Origin: an uncultured Acidobacteriota bacterium
GTDB lineage: Bacteria; Acidobacteriota; Blastocatellia; RBC074
Assembly (NCBI GenBank): GCA_963796275.1
Contig: CAWCKY010000004.1
Span: 1-64,000, forward strand
Direction of reading: 5' to 3'
Length of the DNA stretch: 64,000 nt
Shown: piece by piece, positions 1 through 12,448 of the stretch
How the letters are laid out: each line of letters opens with the position of its first letter
How positions within the stretch are numbered: position 1 is the first letter of the stretch
The notes under the pieces: generated by a model
Seen by the model: only the letters and a program-made list of their open reading frames with translations
Database searches by the model: none
What the model was told of the DNA's origin: nothing
Position numbers and translations under genes: made by a program

Positions 1-394
1 ACATGGTCCTTGATAGGCTTGATCTTGTTGCTGACATAGCCACCAGAACGATTATTCCTGGCAAAGGTAATGGTCTAAGATTCTGGCTTTGTCCCCAATC
101 CCAGATTCATCGTTTCAACGTTCGTTACTTTAGCTTTGGAAAGATTCTCCGAAAGAATTCTATAAGTCGAGGGACTTGGCTCGAAAGCAATCACCTTATG
201 CGCCAGAGATGAAAACAGTATCGCAGTCATGCCAATATTAGCGCCGATATCCACAACTACATCATCCGGTCCGATAAGCGTGCGATACAGTTCTACCATG
301 TGCGGTTCGAAGTTATCGCCGATTGCGTCCAGATAGTTGTCGTCAGATGAAAAGGAAATAAGTAATATCCCCTATCCTGATTCTTTTTTCTCAT
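1..394 (-). pseudogene. FkbM-family methyltransferase, frameshifted, runs off window start
   Basis: ORF 75-299 has [10 protein letters not shown] and AFEPSP motifs; upstream part (ATG at 394) and downstream part lie in other frames. Confidence 0.7.
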
Positions 395-777
395 AACAAC
401 CTACAATTTTATTCGACCATTTGCAATGTCTTTAAAACAACTTCTAGTATCCTATGGCTCTCGTTGATACCAAGATGCCTGGGAGAAACTGCATCAGGCG
501 TTTTTATTCGAATTTCCAAACAGACCATCCGCTAATACTAAACCCGCAGGAAGCCTGTAACTGTGTGGCGTAGGTAAGTTGCTACCATCCGCGAGACAGA
601 TTGCTGAGTAGCAATAGTGTTACCATTTCCCATGATCACCACTTTCTGGCGGGGTGTCATTTCTGGTTCATCAAAAACCCGTACGTCAGATTCAAAATCA
701 ATTCTTGCCCAATGTACCCGGAAATACGCATTAGGAACCCGTGCCTCCTCGGTCAGCGACCAGCATCCCCAATACAG

Positions 778-1917
778 CTATTGGCCACGGTGAGTCGCCA
801 CAAAAACAACCCCCCATGGTGTTTCTGCGCAGACATGCTTGCTAAGTTCCCAGCCGTATCTATGCATCAGATCCCTAAAATAGGATTCCCTAAATCCAAG
901 CTCACACCAACCAAATCGCCGTATCGCCCATAAAGACTCGCCATCCAGGCGAAACCCCCAGGGCATCGGAAAATCGTCCGTGATCGGTTCGGCTGCAAAC
1001 ACGACCTTCCCACCCGGCGCAACGACTTTTTTCAGTCTCTCGATTAACGAACGATGATCGGCGCAATGGTGAAAACACTCGAAAAAAAGCACGGCATCGT
1101 ATTGACGCTCAAGATCGTGGAGCAGGGAAAAGTCACCGTGGATCATCTCGACATCCAGATGCATTCGCCGCGCTCGCTCAGCAATCAGATCTAACCAGCG
1201 CTTTTCTATATCGATAGTCGAAACCTTATAACCCATCCGCGCGAGGAAAAGGGTCGTATTACCTGGCCCAGGGCCTAACTCTAAGACTGTGGACTTCGGC
1301 GGCAAGTTAAGAGTGCGAATAATATGCCCTATTGCTATCAGTTGATTGCCGACCGTCTGCGGGCTCTCTGTACAAAAAGGAAAAGGCTTATCAGCCATAG
1401 ACAGCGCATCAAATTTTGTTACCTCATTGCTTGGATGATAGGATTCGCCGTGTAAGTATCGATACAATTCAAACTGCAGATCGGCGTACTCCTTCGAATA
1501 GGGATCGTCAGGTAAATCAAACGGAAACTCCATCTTAAAAGTGGTGAAAACTCGACGTAACTCGTCGTCAGAAATGGCTGCTGCAGCATCGAGCTCCTGC
1601 ATAATTTGATCCAGCTCACTCAACGAGGACACAACTCTGATACCATTCCCATTTGATGTGGTCAGGTTCTGCTGCGCTGTACTCACCTTAGATGTCTCCT
1701 GCGCACGCGAGCCGGTAACTAATTCTTCCAACACACGCGATATAAGTTGATTTATCTCGCGTTGCTGGTCCAGATGCCTCAGTATCAGCTTGCGCAGAAC
1801 TCGCTTTACAAGATACTCGAACCGGCCGAGCACGCCCTTACGTCGTGCAAAGACATTACCGTAATTGCCCATACTTCGTTTGAACTCAGCCATGCTATCC
1901 GACAAATGCGTATCCAT
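778..1917 (-). CDS. Class I SAM-dependent methyltransferase (polysaccharide locus)
   Basis: 379 aa, VLELGPGPG SAM motif, DAVLFFECFHH. Confidence 0.8.
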   Translation of the reverse strand: MDTHLSDSMAEFKRSMGNYGNVFARRKGVLGRFEYLVKRVLRKLILRHLDQQREINQLISRVLEELVTGSRAQETSKVSTAQQNLTTSNGNGIRVVSSLSELDQIMQELDAAAAISDDELRRVFTTFKMEFPFDLPDDPYSKEYADLQFELYRYLHGESYHPSNEVTKFDALSMADKPFPFCTESPQTVGNQLIAIGHIIRTLNLPPKSTVLELGPGPGNTTLFLARMGYKVSTIDIEKRWLDLIAERARRMHLDVEMIHGDFSLLHDLERQYDAVLFFECFHHCADHRSLIERLKKVVAPGGKVVFAAEPITDDFPMPWGFRLDGESLWAIRRFGWCELGFRESYFRDLMHRYGWELSKHVCAETPWGVVFVATHRGQ

Positions 1918-1990
1918 AATCTTATATACTTTACACGCGGCGCAGTGCTCACCTGCCTGTCATGGCAAGCGGCACGCTGCACGCCTGTCA

Positions 1991-4900
1991 TCAATCCCCC
2001 ACGGGAATGTTGGGTTCGCTTTGGTTCATCACAACCATACCACTCCCATTTGATGCGGATGACGCTACGGGATATAGCCCGAGAAGCCACGAAACATCCG
2101 GCTCCAGAGCGCTCCAGTCTTCGAGTTCGAGCTTTTCGGCATGGAGGTTCAGTTCCAAATCGGTTTTTTTCGAAAGCTCAGGTAAAAGCTTATAGGGCAG
2201 TGTATTGCCAAGAATGATATTCAACAGGTTTCTTGCGCTCTCTGCCCATGTGAGATATGGCATGCCGTCGGATTTTGGGTGTTTCCCTTTTGTATAGAGT
2301 TGCAGCCACTCCTTTATGTCCTTGGCAAGCACCTCAGGCGATTTGCCGTTTGAGTAGTAAAAGACGCAATCTCCTCCTACCTCTCGAAAGACCGGAAGGT
2401 CCCTGGCGATGATCGGAATCTTGTGCTGCGCCGCTTCGATGAGTGGCAGGCCGAAGCCCTCTCCTTCGGAAGCCGCGATCAGACAAGTACTCGCGGCATA
2501 TACCTTGTCCAGATACTCATCGCTTATGCCGTCGAGCCAGAACAGGCGCCTGTTCAGTTCGGAGTGCGTGCGGAGCCAATCGCTGAGGCTCTCCATCATC
2601 CAACCTTGCTTGCCAACGATGACGAGATTGAGATCGTATTGATCCTGCCAAAGCGCCTCGAATGCCTGCAGAACTTGCGCATGGGCTTTCCGCGGTTCAA
2701 CGGTGCCGACCATCAGGAAGGTGTGGCGATTCATTATGCAGTCTAAGATGGCGCTCTCATCCGGCGGAAATCGCCTGACCGGCAAGGAATCAGCAATATC
2801 GGCGCCAATGTGGAACCAGTCGATTTCAAAAGGTCGTCGGAGTTCAGCGCTGTTTTCCTCCACCCAGGCAGCGAGCTGATTTGCTACTGTTTTAGATATA
2901 CACACGGCGCCGTCGCTTTCAGCGACCACCTTGAGCCATTGGGTGAAGCCCTCAGCGTTTCCTGGATGGAAATACTGAGGCATCTGGATACTCAATAGAT
3001 CGTAAACCAAAAACTCTACCCGCACCCCTTCCCTGCGCAAGACCTGATAAAACTCCCGGAGCCCGGCGACTACCTGGGGTTGCAGATCGAGTCCCAAAAA
3101 GATATCTCCGGGCGCATAGTCGATGGGCTCGTCTTGCAACGTGCTCCCCTGGTATCCGAGAAAGGCGTGGGTAAAACACCGAGCATACCGGTACCCTTGT
3201 ACTGTCGTGGCGTATACAGGCTCAACTCGATACCCTGCCGGCGGATGATTCAGCCATTCCTTAAGAATGTTGCGCACGACGCGCTGGATTCCGCTCCTGG
3301 CGTCACGCTGCGCCAGTTCAGAAATATCTATAAGCAGTTGCCGGCGCGGATAGTTCTCACGAACGATCGTGTACTCCAGTTTTTCCGCGCTTTCCTGCCA
3401 GGTTGACCAGCGCATCTGATCCGATTTAGGGTAAGTTCCCCTTCCATGCAGATCGAGCCAGATTTTGAGCGAGTTGGCCAGTTCGTGGTGGGTGTCGCCT
3501 GCGAAGTAGAAGGCGCACTCGCCGGCCACTTCGTGGAAGACGGGTATATCACGCGCAACAATAGGGATGCCATGGCGGGCCGCTTCGATAAGCGGGAGAC
3601 CAAAACCTTCATTGATACTTGCGGCGATCAGGCAAGCGCTGGCGGTGTAGACCTTTTGCAGGTATTCGTCGCTGATACCCTGCAGCCAGTAAAGACGTCG
3701 ATCCTTCTCGGGATGGCGCTGTATCTTTTCCACCAGGTTTTCGGTCTTCCATCCCTGCTGTCCCACAAACACGAGGTGAGAATCCAAACCTTCATCCCAG
3801 AGCAACTCGAGGGCGCCCAGAATCTGGTCTTGCCGTTTCCTCGGCTCCAGGGTCGCCACGCAGAGAAAACTGGGGCGGCTTTGAATAGCGCTCAGTACCT
3901 CTGTCGCATTCGACGGTAACCCCATTGATGGCCTGGAGTCTTCGATATCGGCGCCATTATGGACCCAGGTTATTTGAAAATTCGGCGCTCGACTGATGTT
4001 ATTCTCGGTGATCCAGTTGTCGAACACGTCGGCGGTCGCCTTCGACACGCAAATGGCGCCATCGGCGCCGGCGATCATTGCCAGCCACCGCTCGTGCATT
4101 TCGCTGATATCGGAATCCTTGAACAAACTCGCCAATTGAATGGGCAGCAGATCGTGGATAAGGAATTTGATGGTGACGCCATCGGACTGGAGCCGGCGGA
4201 AAAACTCCTGGTGTGTCAGTTGCACATGATGCTGCATGTCGAGGCCGAAAAAGACATCAGCGCGTTGCCAGTGTACCGGTTCATCGGTCACATTCTCGGC
4301 GGTCTGACCGAGGAAACGCTGCGTAAATTGTCGGGCGTAACCATAGCCCTCATCTGGCGTGGCATAGACCGGCTCGACCCGGAAGTCTTTGGGCGGAGAC
4401 TGGAGCAGCGCTTTCAAATAGCTTCGAACAACGCGTTGAACGCCTGTCGCGGCATCACGCTGTGAAAGTTCCGAGACATCGAGCAGCAACTGGCGTTCGA
4501 TACCCGTATTCTGGTTTTTCGCGAGACAGGCTGCGAGTTGTGTTGCGAGCGCAGGATCGGGAGAAGGCAGATGTCGTGCGACCGCATGGATGGTTCTAGT
4601 ATGGTTAACCGAACGGGCAAGGTAGCTGTATTGATCGGCCGCATTGGTTTGGAGTGACTCCCACGCCCTAATAGCTCGTTTCGCCGATTCATCCCAGGAA
4701 AACTTCTTCGCCTGCAGCAAACCATGTTCGCGTAGTGTGTTACGGAAAGCGCCGTCTTCCAGCGCCTGAGCCATTTTTCGCATTATGGCGGTAACATCGA
4801 AGGGGTCGAACTGAGCGGCGCCCAGCCCGATGACTTCCGGCAGGCTGGAAGTATTGGCGCCGATCACCGGCGCACCGCAGGCCATCGCCTCTAAAGCCGG

Positions 4901-5862
4901 CAGCCCGAAGCCTTCGTGCCATGAGGGAAAAACAAAAAGTTTACAAAGGTTATAGAGCTGGACTAGTTCTTCATCTGTGATATAGCCGGTAAAACGCAAC
5001 TCACCTGAATTGAGACCGGCCCTTTCCGCCTGAACCTTGAATTCGTTGACAAGCACCTCAGGCATCTTCCGGCCAGAACCAGGTGATGGCCGGCGCGCAA
5101 TGCGGCTGGCATGGCGGCGAATGCCCGAATGAGACGCGGCAGATTCTTACGTTCGTCGGCGCCTCCGGCGCAGAGGACGAAAGGACGAGTCAGGCAAAAC
5201 TTTTGGCGTAGTAATGCAGTACTCGTATCATCGACCATGATCGGACGGAAGTACGCATCTATGGCTATTGAAGTGTTGACGGCTCGGCTGACGGGGAGAT
5301 CAAGATAAACGAGCCCTTCTTGCCGCGAAGCATCGGAAATGGCGAGGTGAAGCGCCGCGTGTTTTAAGTATTCCAGCTTCCGTTGATAGTATTTGGCATA
5401 GAGCGGATTCGGCTTCAGGTAGTGATCCGGGTTGAGCAAAGGGATCAGATCGTAAAGCGTCACGCTGACGAGCGCGGTCTCATCAAAACGGCCGATGCTG
5501 GTGACGGCGTCGTCGCCATAGCCTTCGAACAGGCTGGAGATATGGATCACATCCGGCAACAAGCTGGACAGAAAAGCTTCTCGGATTTTTTCGGCCGCCT
5601 TGCGCCGTGAGTCATTGCCTGGCTCGCATTCCCGTACGGGTCCGGGCGTATACCAGACGCGGATATTTTCCTGCGGTAGCAGACAGTCGAAAGCCGCGCG
5701 GATGGGTTCGATGGTGTCCGGAAAAAGACCGTTCAAGGCGAGGATGATTTCATGCTCACCTCGGAGCTGCGCGACAGCCTGGGAAAATGATATCGTATAA
5801 CGCCCGATGCCCCGAAACTGGCTTTCGGTTTGCGCCCCCTGCATATCGATAACTATACGCAT
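1991..5862 (-). pseudogene. WbdA-like three-domain GT4 glycosyltransferase, one frameshift near 5068
   Basis: N-terminus MRIVIDMQGAQTESQFRGIGRY resembles WbdA; three EGFGLP GT4 motifs; ORFs 4963-5862 and 1991-5065 join as VLAG-KMPE if one base is restored. Confidence 0.8.
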
Positions 5863-5865
5863 CGT

Positions 5866-7195
5866 TTAACCTCCTCCCGATTCTTCTAAGCATTGCAATA
5901 ACGTCGCTGCGCTTTCCTTCCACGTGAGCCACGGCATATCGTCTGATTTCGGATGGCCGTTCCTGTCGCGCAGAGACAGCCATTCTCTGATCGCATTTGC
6001 CAACGCTTCAGGGTCATTACCCTTGAAATAAAAGGCGTGATCCCCCGCCACTTCCCGGAAAATCGGAAATGTCACGCGCAATAATTGGCAGCTTGTGGCG
6101 CCGCTTCGATGACCGGCAAGCCGAAACCTTCTCCATAAGAAGCCGCGATAAGGCAGGTGCTGGCGGTGTAAACTTTCTTTAGGTATTCATCGCTGATGCC
6201 TTCGAGCCAGAACAACCGCTTGTCGAGCTCCGGGTGACTGCGCAATTTACGGATGGTTTCCGGAATCGTCCGCCGCATCTCGTCCGGCAGATTACTGTCC
6301 ACCCCTCTTTCCCGACAATGACAAGGTTGATCTCCAGACCTTGCCGCCATAGCTGAGTGAAAGCTTCTAAAACATGCAAATAACCTTTGCGCGGCTCGAT
6401 CATGCCAACCATTAAGAAACTTGGACGGGATTGGAGCTGGCCCAGCGTCCATTCAACGTTGTCGGGCAGGCCGCGGCTGGCGGCAGTATTTTCGATGTCG
6501 GCGCCGTGATGTGAACAGGCAATGCGAAAGGGACGTCGACCGCTACATTCGAGCCCCGAATCTTTCAGCCATCTGGCAAAGTCGTTAGCGACGTCTTGCG
6601 AAACGCAGATTGCGCCATCAAACTTTGAGACCGCCTGGAGCCACTCAGTGTGACGCTCGTCCGCTCCCGGCGGGAATATGTCCGGCATTGTGATGGGTAG
6701 TAAATCGTGGACCATGAAATACACCCTTACACCCAGGTTGCGGTAATCCGCATACAACCCCTTGAGCTCTGCCTGAATTAGCAGATCGCCGGATATATCG
6801 AGTCCAATCAACAGGTCGCCGCACTCGGGTTCAACGATTTCATCTGTGAGAACATCCGCCGGCCACCCCAACAGGCCGAGGGTATCGCCGCCGGCGTAGC
6901 GGTAGCGCCAGTCCCCTTCTTCATTGCAGAGGTACACGGGTTCGACTCGGTCGCCGCCGGGCACGGCATCCAGCAGCGCCAGGGTCAGCGCGCGCGCCAC
7001 CCGTTCGATACCCGTTTTACGATCGATGAGGGCGGTAGCTGAGACATCGACAAACATGCGTCTGGCCCGGCGCCGTAACGGCAGCGTGGCGGCAAGCGTC
7101 TTCGAGAGGTCTTGAAGCTCGGTATCGTTATAACGCCCGGTGCCCCGAAACCGGCTTGTTGTTTGCGCTCCTTGCATGTCGATGACAATACGCAT
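5866..7195 (-). pseudogene. Second WbdA-like GT4, internally deleted and frameshifted
   Basis: Same MRIVIDMQGAQ start for ~22 aa then jumps into a late GT4 domain; remainder spread over ORFs 6179-7195, 6072-6452, 5866-6081. Confidence 0.75.
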
Positions 7196-7199
7196 CGTC

Positions 7200-8626
7200 T
7201 ATCCTCCTGATTCTTTTCGCTGGCGGCTTTCAGATGGAAGTAAATTTCGCGTGCACGAATGCAGCTATCGCTATTCGGCCGAGTTCTTCTCGCTGGCGGC
7301 TTTCAGTTCGAAGTAAATTTCGCGTGCGCGAGGCGATAGAGTCCACGAGTTCTTGTGGCGCCGCCATGACGGCCCATTGTAGCCGTTTGAATATTTGTTG
7401 AAGGATTCGCCATTCAGGCCTCTTGCAGCGTCAATCCTGCGCAACCTTGACTCCAATCGTGGATATTTTCCAAGCCGACGGAGCGCGACATTCTTTAGCC
7501 ATTGATCGGGATATGGCGAAAAGTATCGAACGGACTAACAGCTGGCGCAACAAGGCGCTGCAACAGTCGTTTCGCATTATCACGCAGGAGACGCGCAGTA
7601 CCGTTCAGCCGGCGAAGCGGCTCCGTAACGCGCCACGAATGACTGTTAAAGACTTGCCTGTAAGTAGCCTCGTAGCTTCGGCCTGCGCCGCCCGTTCTTC
7701 GGCCTGCCGAGCTTTGGTTTCGGCTTCCCGGGCGCGGGCTTCGACCTGGGCGCCAGTTGTTCCGCTTGCCGTGCTGAGGCTACGGCCTGCTGGGCCTTCA
7801 CTTCGGATAGCTCGGCAACTTCTTCGGCCTGCCGAGCTTTGGTTTCAGCTACCCGGGCGCGGGCTTCAGCCTGGCTGGCCCGTTGTTCGACTTCCTTAAC
7901 CATCGCTTCCGCTTCTTGAGCCCGGCGTTCCGACTCTAGCCGGTCGATTCTAACAAAATCATCAAATACATTGGGTGGTGCCTTAAAAGCGGCCTTCAGG
8001 TTTCCGTGTTCAAGCGCGATGTAATACCTGTTCAGCCCATCGAAGTAGACATATTCGTACCCCGCGTTCAGCAGCAAAGGCTCCCAGTCTGAGTAAGACT
8101 CTTCCTGGCTATTTGGCAATGTCGCCTCTACAAGTATGATCCAGGGACGTATCTTCCCGAAATCGGTTCCCTGGAAAACGGCCTTCTCCGCGCCCTCGAC
8201 ATCAATTTTGAGAAAATGTATCGGCGCCAGATGATACCTTTCGCATATACTGGAAAGGGTATCCATCTTCACGCGCAACTCACGACTCTGATAACCACGC
8301 TCCGCCACGTGCCGTTCAGCGAACTTTTCCTCCGCCGTCGAAAGCCCCGTGTCAGGTATCTCGTAGAGCAGGATTTCGCCCGGTTCGGCACCAAGAGCGA
8401 GTTGAAGGTTGATGTCTCGAGGACGCGCCTTTTGCAGGCATTCGAACCACTGTGGCACGGGTTCGACATTGATACCGCGCCATCCCCGCTCGTAAAACGC
8501 CTTGGTCACCGAGTCAAAGTCAGGGTCATTCGCGCCAACATCGATGTAGAAGCCCTGGTCAATGTGCTTCAGGGCACGCCAGAGCATGACATCTTCAAAA
8601 TTCTGCGCGTAGGAGATAAAGCTCAT
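7200..8626 (-). pseudogene. FkbM methyltransferase with coiled-coil tail (WbdD-like chain terminator), tail frameshifted
   Basis: MSFISYAQNFEDV, YIDVGANDP, LKIDVEGAE, then A/E/Q/R-rich repeats; C-terminal LSPRAREIYFELKAA in a separate frame (7271-7456). Confidence 0.7.
7211..7331. repeat. Imperfect tandem duplication, 73 bp period
   Basis: tcgctggcggctttcag..gaagtaaatttcgcgtgc at ~7211-7258 and ~7284-7331. Confidence 0.85.
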
Positions 8627-9856
8627 TGAGTCAGGCTCTCGATACTTGATACGGGGTTCGTTCCAAAGACATCCCGCGAATTGAGTCTTGTCGATATTGA
8701 TTACGTTGAAGACAAGCGCCAGGTCCCGCCATTCGTAGTTAGCGGTAAGATGTGTATCGCTATCCACCAGAGCGGTTTGAACCGAATAGCTGCCTATCCC
8801 TAAATTGACCGGAAAGGCGATGACGAATCGGTACTCGTCGCCCGGCCGCGGGTTGTGGATGACCTGCCCGGTGTGCCAGGTATTGGTCCCGTACATGACC
8901 TGTCCCAGCCGGTCCTTGATCCCGTATCCGAGCACCAGCGTTTCAACCGGCCGGTGGACCCTGACCTTGATCCGCAGTTCGACGGCATCTCCTACATTGA
9001 CGTATTCGGCCACTTCGCCTTTGCTATTGTAGAGGGCGATCTCCTCGACTCGGGCTTCGCCGGTGCCGGAGATGGTTTGCGCCTTACCGTCATCCAGCTT
9101 TACTACCTTGATGGTGGAGTCTCCCTTCTCAGCGATCATGGCGTTGTAGAAGTCAAATACCTCTTCCGGATTGCCGTCTTTGATAACCATGCCCTTTTCC
9201 AGCAGGATGGCCCGGTCGCAAAGGGTCTGGATAGCGCTGCGATCGTGAGAAACGATGAGCAGAGTGGAGCCCATCTCCTGAAACTCTCGGATGCGGTTGG
9301 CGCTTTTATGCTGGAAATAGGTATCCCCAACCGAAAGCGCCTCATCCACAATGAGTATCTCGGGGCGCCAGGCGGTAGCGACAGCAAACATCACGCGAAC
9401 CTGCATACCGCTGGAATACGTTCGCACCGGCTCGTCGAAGTATTCGCCGATCTCCGCGAATGATTCGATCTCGGGCATGGCCTTTTCGATCTCTTCCTGG
9501 GAAAACCCCATGAGGCCGGCGGTATGATAGGCGTTCCGACGCCCGGTAAACTCAGCATTGAAACCCATGCCCAGTTCGAGAAGGGCGGCGATGCGGCCGT
9601 TGATGCGCATCGATCCTTCCGTCGGACGCTGGGTGCCGGTAATCAGCTTGAGCAACGTGCTCTTGCCTGCGCCATTCTGCCCGACGATACCGATCGCCTT
9701 GCCCGGCTGAATACTGAAGTTGACATGACGAAGCACCCAGCGCTCCTCGATCGGCTTCACCGGGACGCCAAACCAGGAGAGCATCCGACGCGTTTCGCTG
9801 CCGTAACTCCGGTAGGCCTTCCCCAGGTTCTCTACGCGCAAAATGGGCTCACTCAT
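8623..9856 (-). CDS. wzt: Polysaccharide ABC transporter ATPase with C-terminal carbohydrate-binding domain
   Basis: GQNGAGKST Walker A, YSSGM signature, IVDEALSVGD, Wzt_C-type tail; reads in frame into the next gene in this sequence. Confidence 0.9.
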
Positions 9857-10674
9857 AAGGTGTCCACCATCTCAGGAGCGGCCTTACGGAAGAAGATCAG
9901 GGCGAAAATCGAAGACACGATCGCGAAGATAGCCGTGCCGGCTAACGGCAGCAATTTTGGCTGACTTCCGAATACCAGAATATTCTGGTAGGCGCTGACC
10001 AATGGGGTCAGCGGGTTGAGTAATAACCAGTCCTTGTAACGTTCAGAAAGTGCGTTCGGCACGTAAACGATCGGAGTAAGCCAGAACAAGAATTGCAGAA
10101 CAATTGGTACGACTTGCCCTACATCGCGGATGAATACATTGAAGACGCCGAGCAATAGCCCGAGGCCTGCTCCTAACATAACGTTAAGAACAATCAGCAC
10201 AGGCAGCCAGAGGGTGCTCCAGCCTGGTAGATGACCTAACAGCGCGAATACTGCAAGGATGGCGACAAACAACAAGAAATTGTTGACCAGCGCCGATCCG
10301 GAGACGATCAATGGCAGGCAAATGCGCGGGAACACCACTTTCTTGAGCAAGTTGCCGTTCTCGAGAAACACCGTCAACGACCGTGAGACGAGGTCGGAAA
10401 ACAACGACCAGGCCAGCATGCCCGCCATCAAATAAAGCGCATATTTAAATCGGTTATTTATCCCGGGCAGTTTGGCGGAGAGTACGGCGGAAAGAACAAA
10501 TGCGAAGATAACGACTTGGGCCAGCGGGTGGATCACCATCCATAGGCCACCCAACCGGCTGCGCGCAAAACGGCTTAGGAATTCATTTTTGATCGATGAA
10601 TAAATGAAATGGCGATAGCGCCAGGCTCTTATAAACATGTCGAACATAGTATGTGTGAAGCGAGATGGGCGCAT
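9853..10674 (-). CDS. wzm: Polysaccharide ABC transporter permease
   Basis: ABC-2 membrane protein, SRLGGLW..HPL and FWLTPIVY motifs, overlaps wzt start. Confidence 0.9.
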   Translation of the reverse strand: MRPSRFTHTMFDMFIRAWRYRHFIYSSIKNEFLSRFARSRLGGLWMVIHPLAQVVIFAFVLSAVLSAKLPGINNRFKYALYLMAGMLAWSLFSDLVSRSLTVFLENGNLLKKVVFPRICLPLIVSGSALVNNFLLFVAILAVFALLGHLPGWSTLWLPVLIVLNVMLGAGLGLLLGVFNVFIRDVGQVVPIVLQFLFWLTPIVYVPNALSERYKDWLLLNPLTPLVSAYQNILVFGSQPKLLPLAGTAIFAIVSSIFALIFFRKAAPEMVDTL

Positions 10675-11519
10675 GTTGCGCTCACGATGAAATCCCCTTG
10701 CTTAAGTGTTGAGTCCCTTAAGCAATTCTTAAGAACGGCTCCTTATTTATGGCCAAGGCACTCTCTGATAAGGAGGACACCAGATCGGCACAGCCTCATC
10801 ACCTGTTCCCTGAACGAACGTACAAGATTCGGAGTCTCTGATAACCTCTAAGTGTACTCTGATTCATGTCCGTGAGGAGCATTATAGACGTCTCAGTCAT
10901 CATGAGTGATGAATTTAATGGAGTTCTTTCAGAAATTAATTTGTGGTGCTCAATTCCGATCGCGTAATTTTCCCTACCCCCCAGCTAATACAAGGAAAAA
11001 CAGTAGTGGAAAAAATCCGAAATAGATATCCGTCTCCCCAGCGGCATTGGGTTTAGGAATCGACTGGTGGATCAATCCAGGACAAAAGTATTGTCACCCT
11101 CTTGTGGGTTTGCCTTCATGATAAATCCTCGCATCTATTTCGGTTCCACCGAGAATTGCATCGTTCAATAACCGATTGTCGTATGGGACTTCTTTTTCTC
11201 CCGAATCACCATAAAACTTTGGGAAAAAACGTCGGGTGGTATACTCGTACCGAAACATCACATCTTCAAAACGTAGTCATTAAAAGACATCTCCTTGCCG
11301 AAACCGATCATTAGAAACAGGCATCACTTTCATCCTCTCCATCTGACCATATCGCGGTAAGCAAGGCGCTCCGCTTGTAGCGAATCTCTGCGTGGGTTGC
11401 CCTCAGGCAGGCTGCGCCACTCATCATACAACTGGTGGCTGCGTCCAGCCGGCGGCATGTACTTCACCCAAAATATCATGGGCGACCGGTGGCATTTCTT
11501 TAGCATATATTTTTAGATT

Positions 11520-11640
11520 GTACGCTCGCTCAAAGCCCTCAGGACTCTGGTAACCCAAGGCAAAAAACGTGGGAGCACCCGATTGCAGTAACTTTAGGTG
11601 TAATGAAGGTCTCCATACGCACCACCTCGAAGTACGGGAT
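11520..11640 (-). mobile_element. IS3-family transposase C-terminal remnant
   Basis: Degraded translation SYCNRV..ALGYQSPEGFER resembles IS3 YNR.R.HSALGY.SP..FE. Confidence 0.55.
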
Positions 11641-11949
11641 GAAGATGATTGTCGGGCGGCGGCTTGTTTGATATTCTGAGATTCAGGCCTTGTTGTATCA
11701 AGCAAAAATGTAATAAATGGTTGTTCGTGTTATTTACACGGCAATATGAGCGAGTCGCTCGCGAAGCGACTGTTTCTCGGTGGGCAGACCTTGGTTGATC
11801 ATCCTTGACTTCACTCTGAATTAGCCTCGTTGCCCTGCTGAGCGTATGGATATCTCTCCGCCGCACCACATCTATCGACCCATTGATCGCGCTGCGTGCA
11901 AAGACGTTGGGCCTTCGGTGAGATGTCTGGATTTTTATCACAAGCGTAT

Positions 11950-12190
11950 TAAACTCAGCTTAGTTCCCCGAAAGCTCACGAGCGGCTGCAGAGAGAGAGA
12001 GTGCAGTCTCGAAGCGTTCAACCTATTCAACCGTCCCAACTTCGTCCCGTGGATATCTGACAACCGGGTCATCTATACCGCCGCGGATGCGATGACGGGC
12101 GTCGCGGTCATTCCCATTTATCGCGCAACTGACGTAAACTGCCAGCAGCTCGCGTCAGCTACAATTCGGGTTGAGGTTCCGCTGGTGGTA
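11950..12190 (+). pseudogene. 3' remnant of Oar-like TonB-dependent receptor
   Basis: EAFNLFNRPNF, then in another frame TASSSRQLQFGLRFRWW*, typical C-terminus of these receptors. Confidence 0.6.
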
Positions 12191-12290
12191 ATGCGGCGGT
12201 GAAGAGGGAAAATTCGAACGCACTCTACTTTTCGTTATTCAGTGGGTATATTTTTGTTAAGCATAACACTGGGAGTATTTCAGTTGGCTC

Positions 12291-12442
12291 CTAGTGCTAC
12301 TGTGTCACAAAACTCCTCGATTTCTTAGGAAATCGAGACAAGCCCCATTGATATTAAACTGACATCAAGAGGATGGCGGTACACAGATCGCATATGCGAA
12401 TTTCCACGGAAATTCGAGAATTTTGTGACACAGTAGCACTAG
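12291..12442. mobile_element. MITE with perfect terminal inverted repeat bounded by CTAG
   Basis: ctagtgctactgtgtcacaaaa (12291-12312) and ttttgtgacacagtagcactag (12421-12442); no ORF. Confidence 0.75.
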
Positions 12443-12448
12443 TTAACC

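Noticed and set aside
7646-9856. Apparent Wzt-FkbM fusion (736 aa ORF)
   Set aside because: Removing one base near 8647 gives ..PRISIESLTQ* with an ATGA overlap onto MSFISYAQ; likely one more indel in a frameshift-rich locus
11090-11345. Possible small pseudogene on minus strand (FEDVMFRYEY..KFYG..DNRLLNDA)
   Set aside because: Interrupted by stops and family not identifiable without a search
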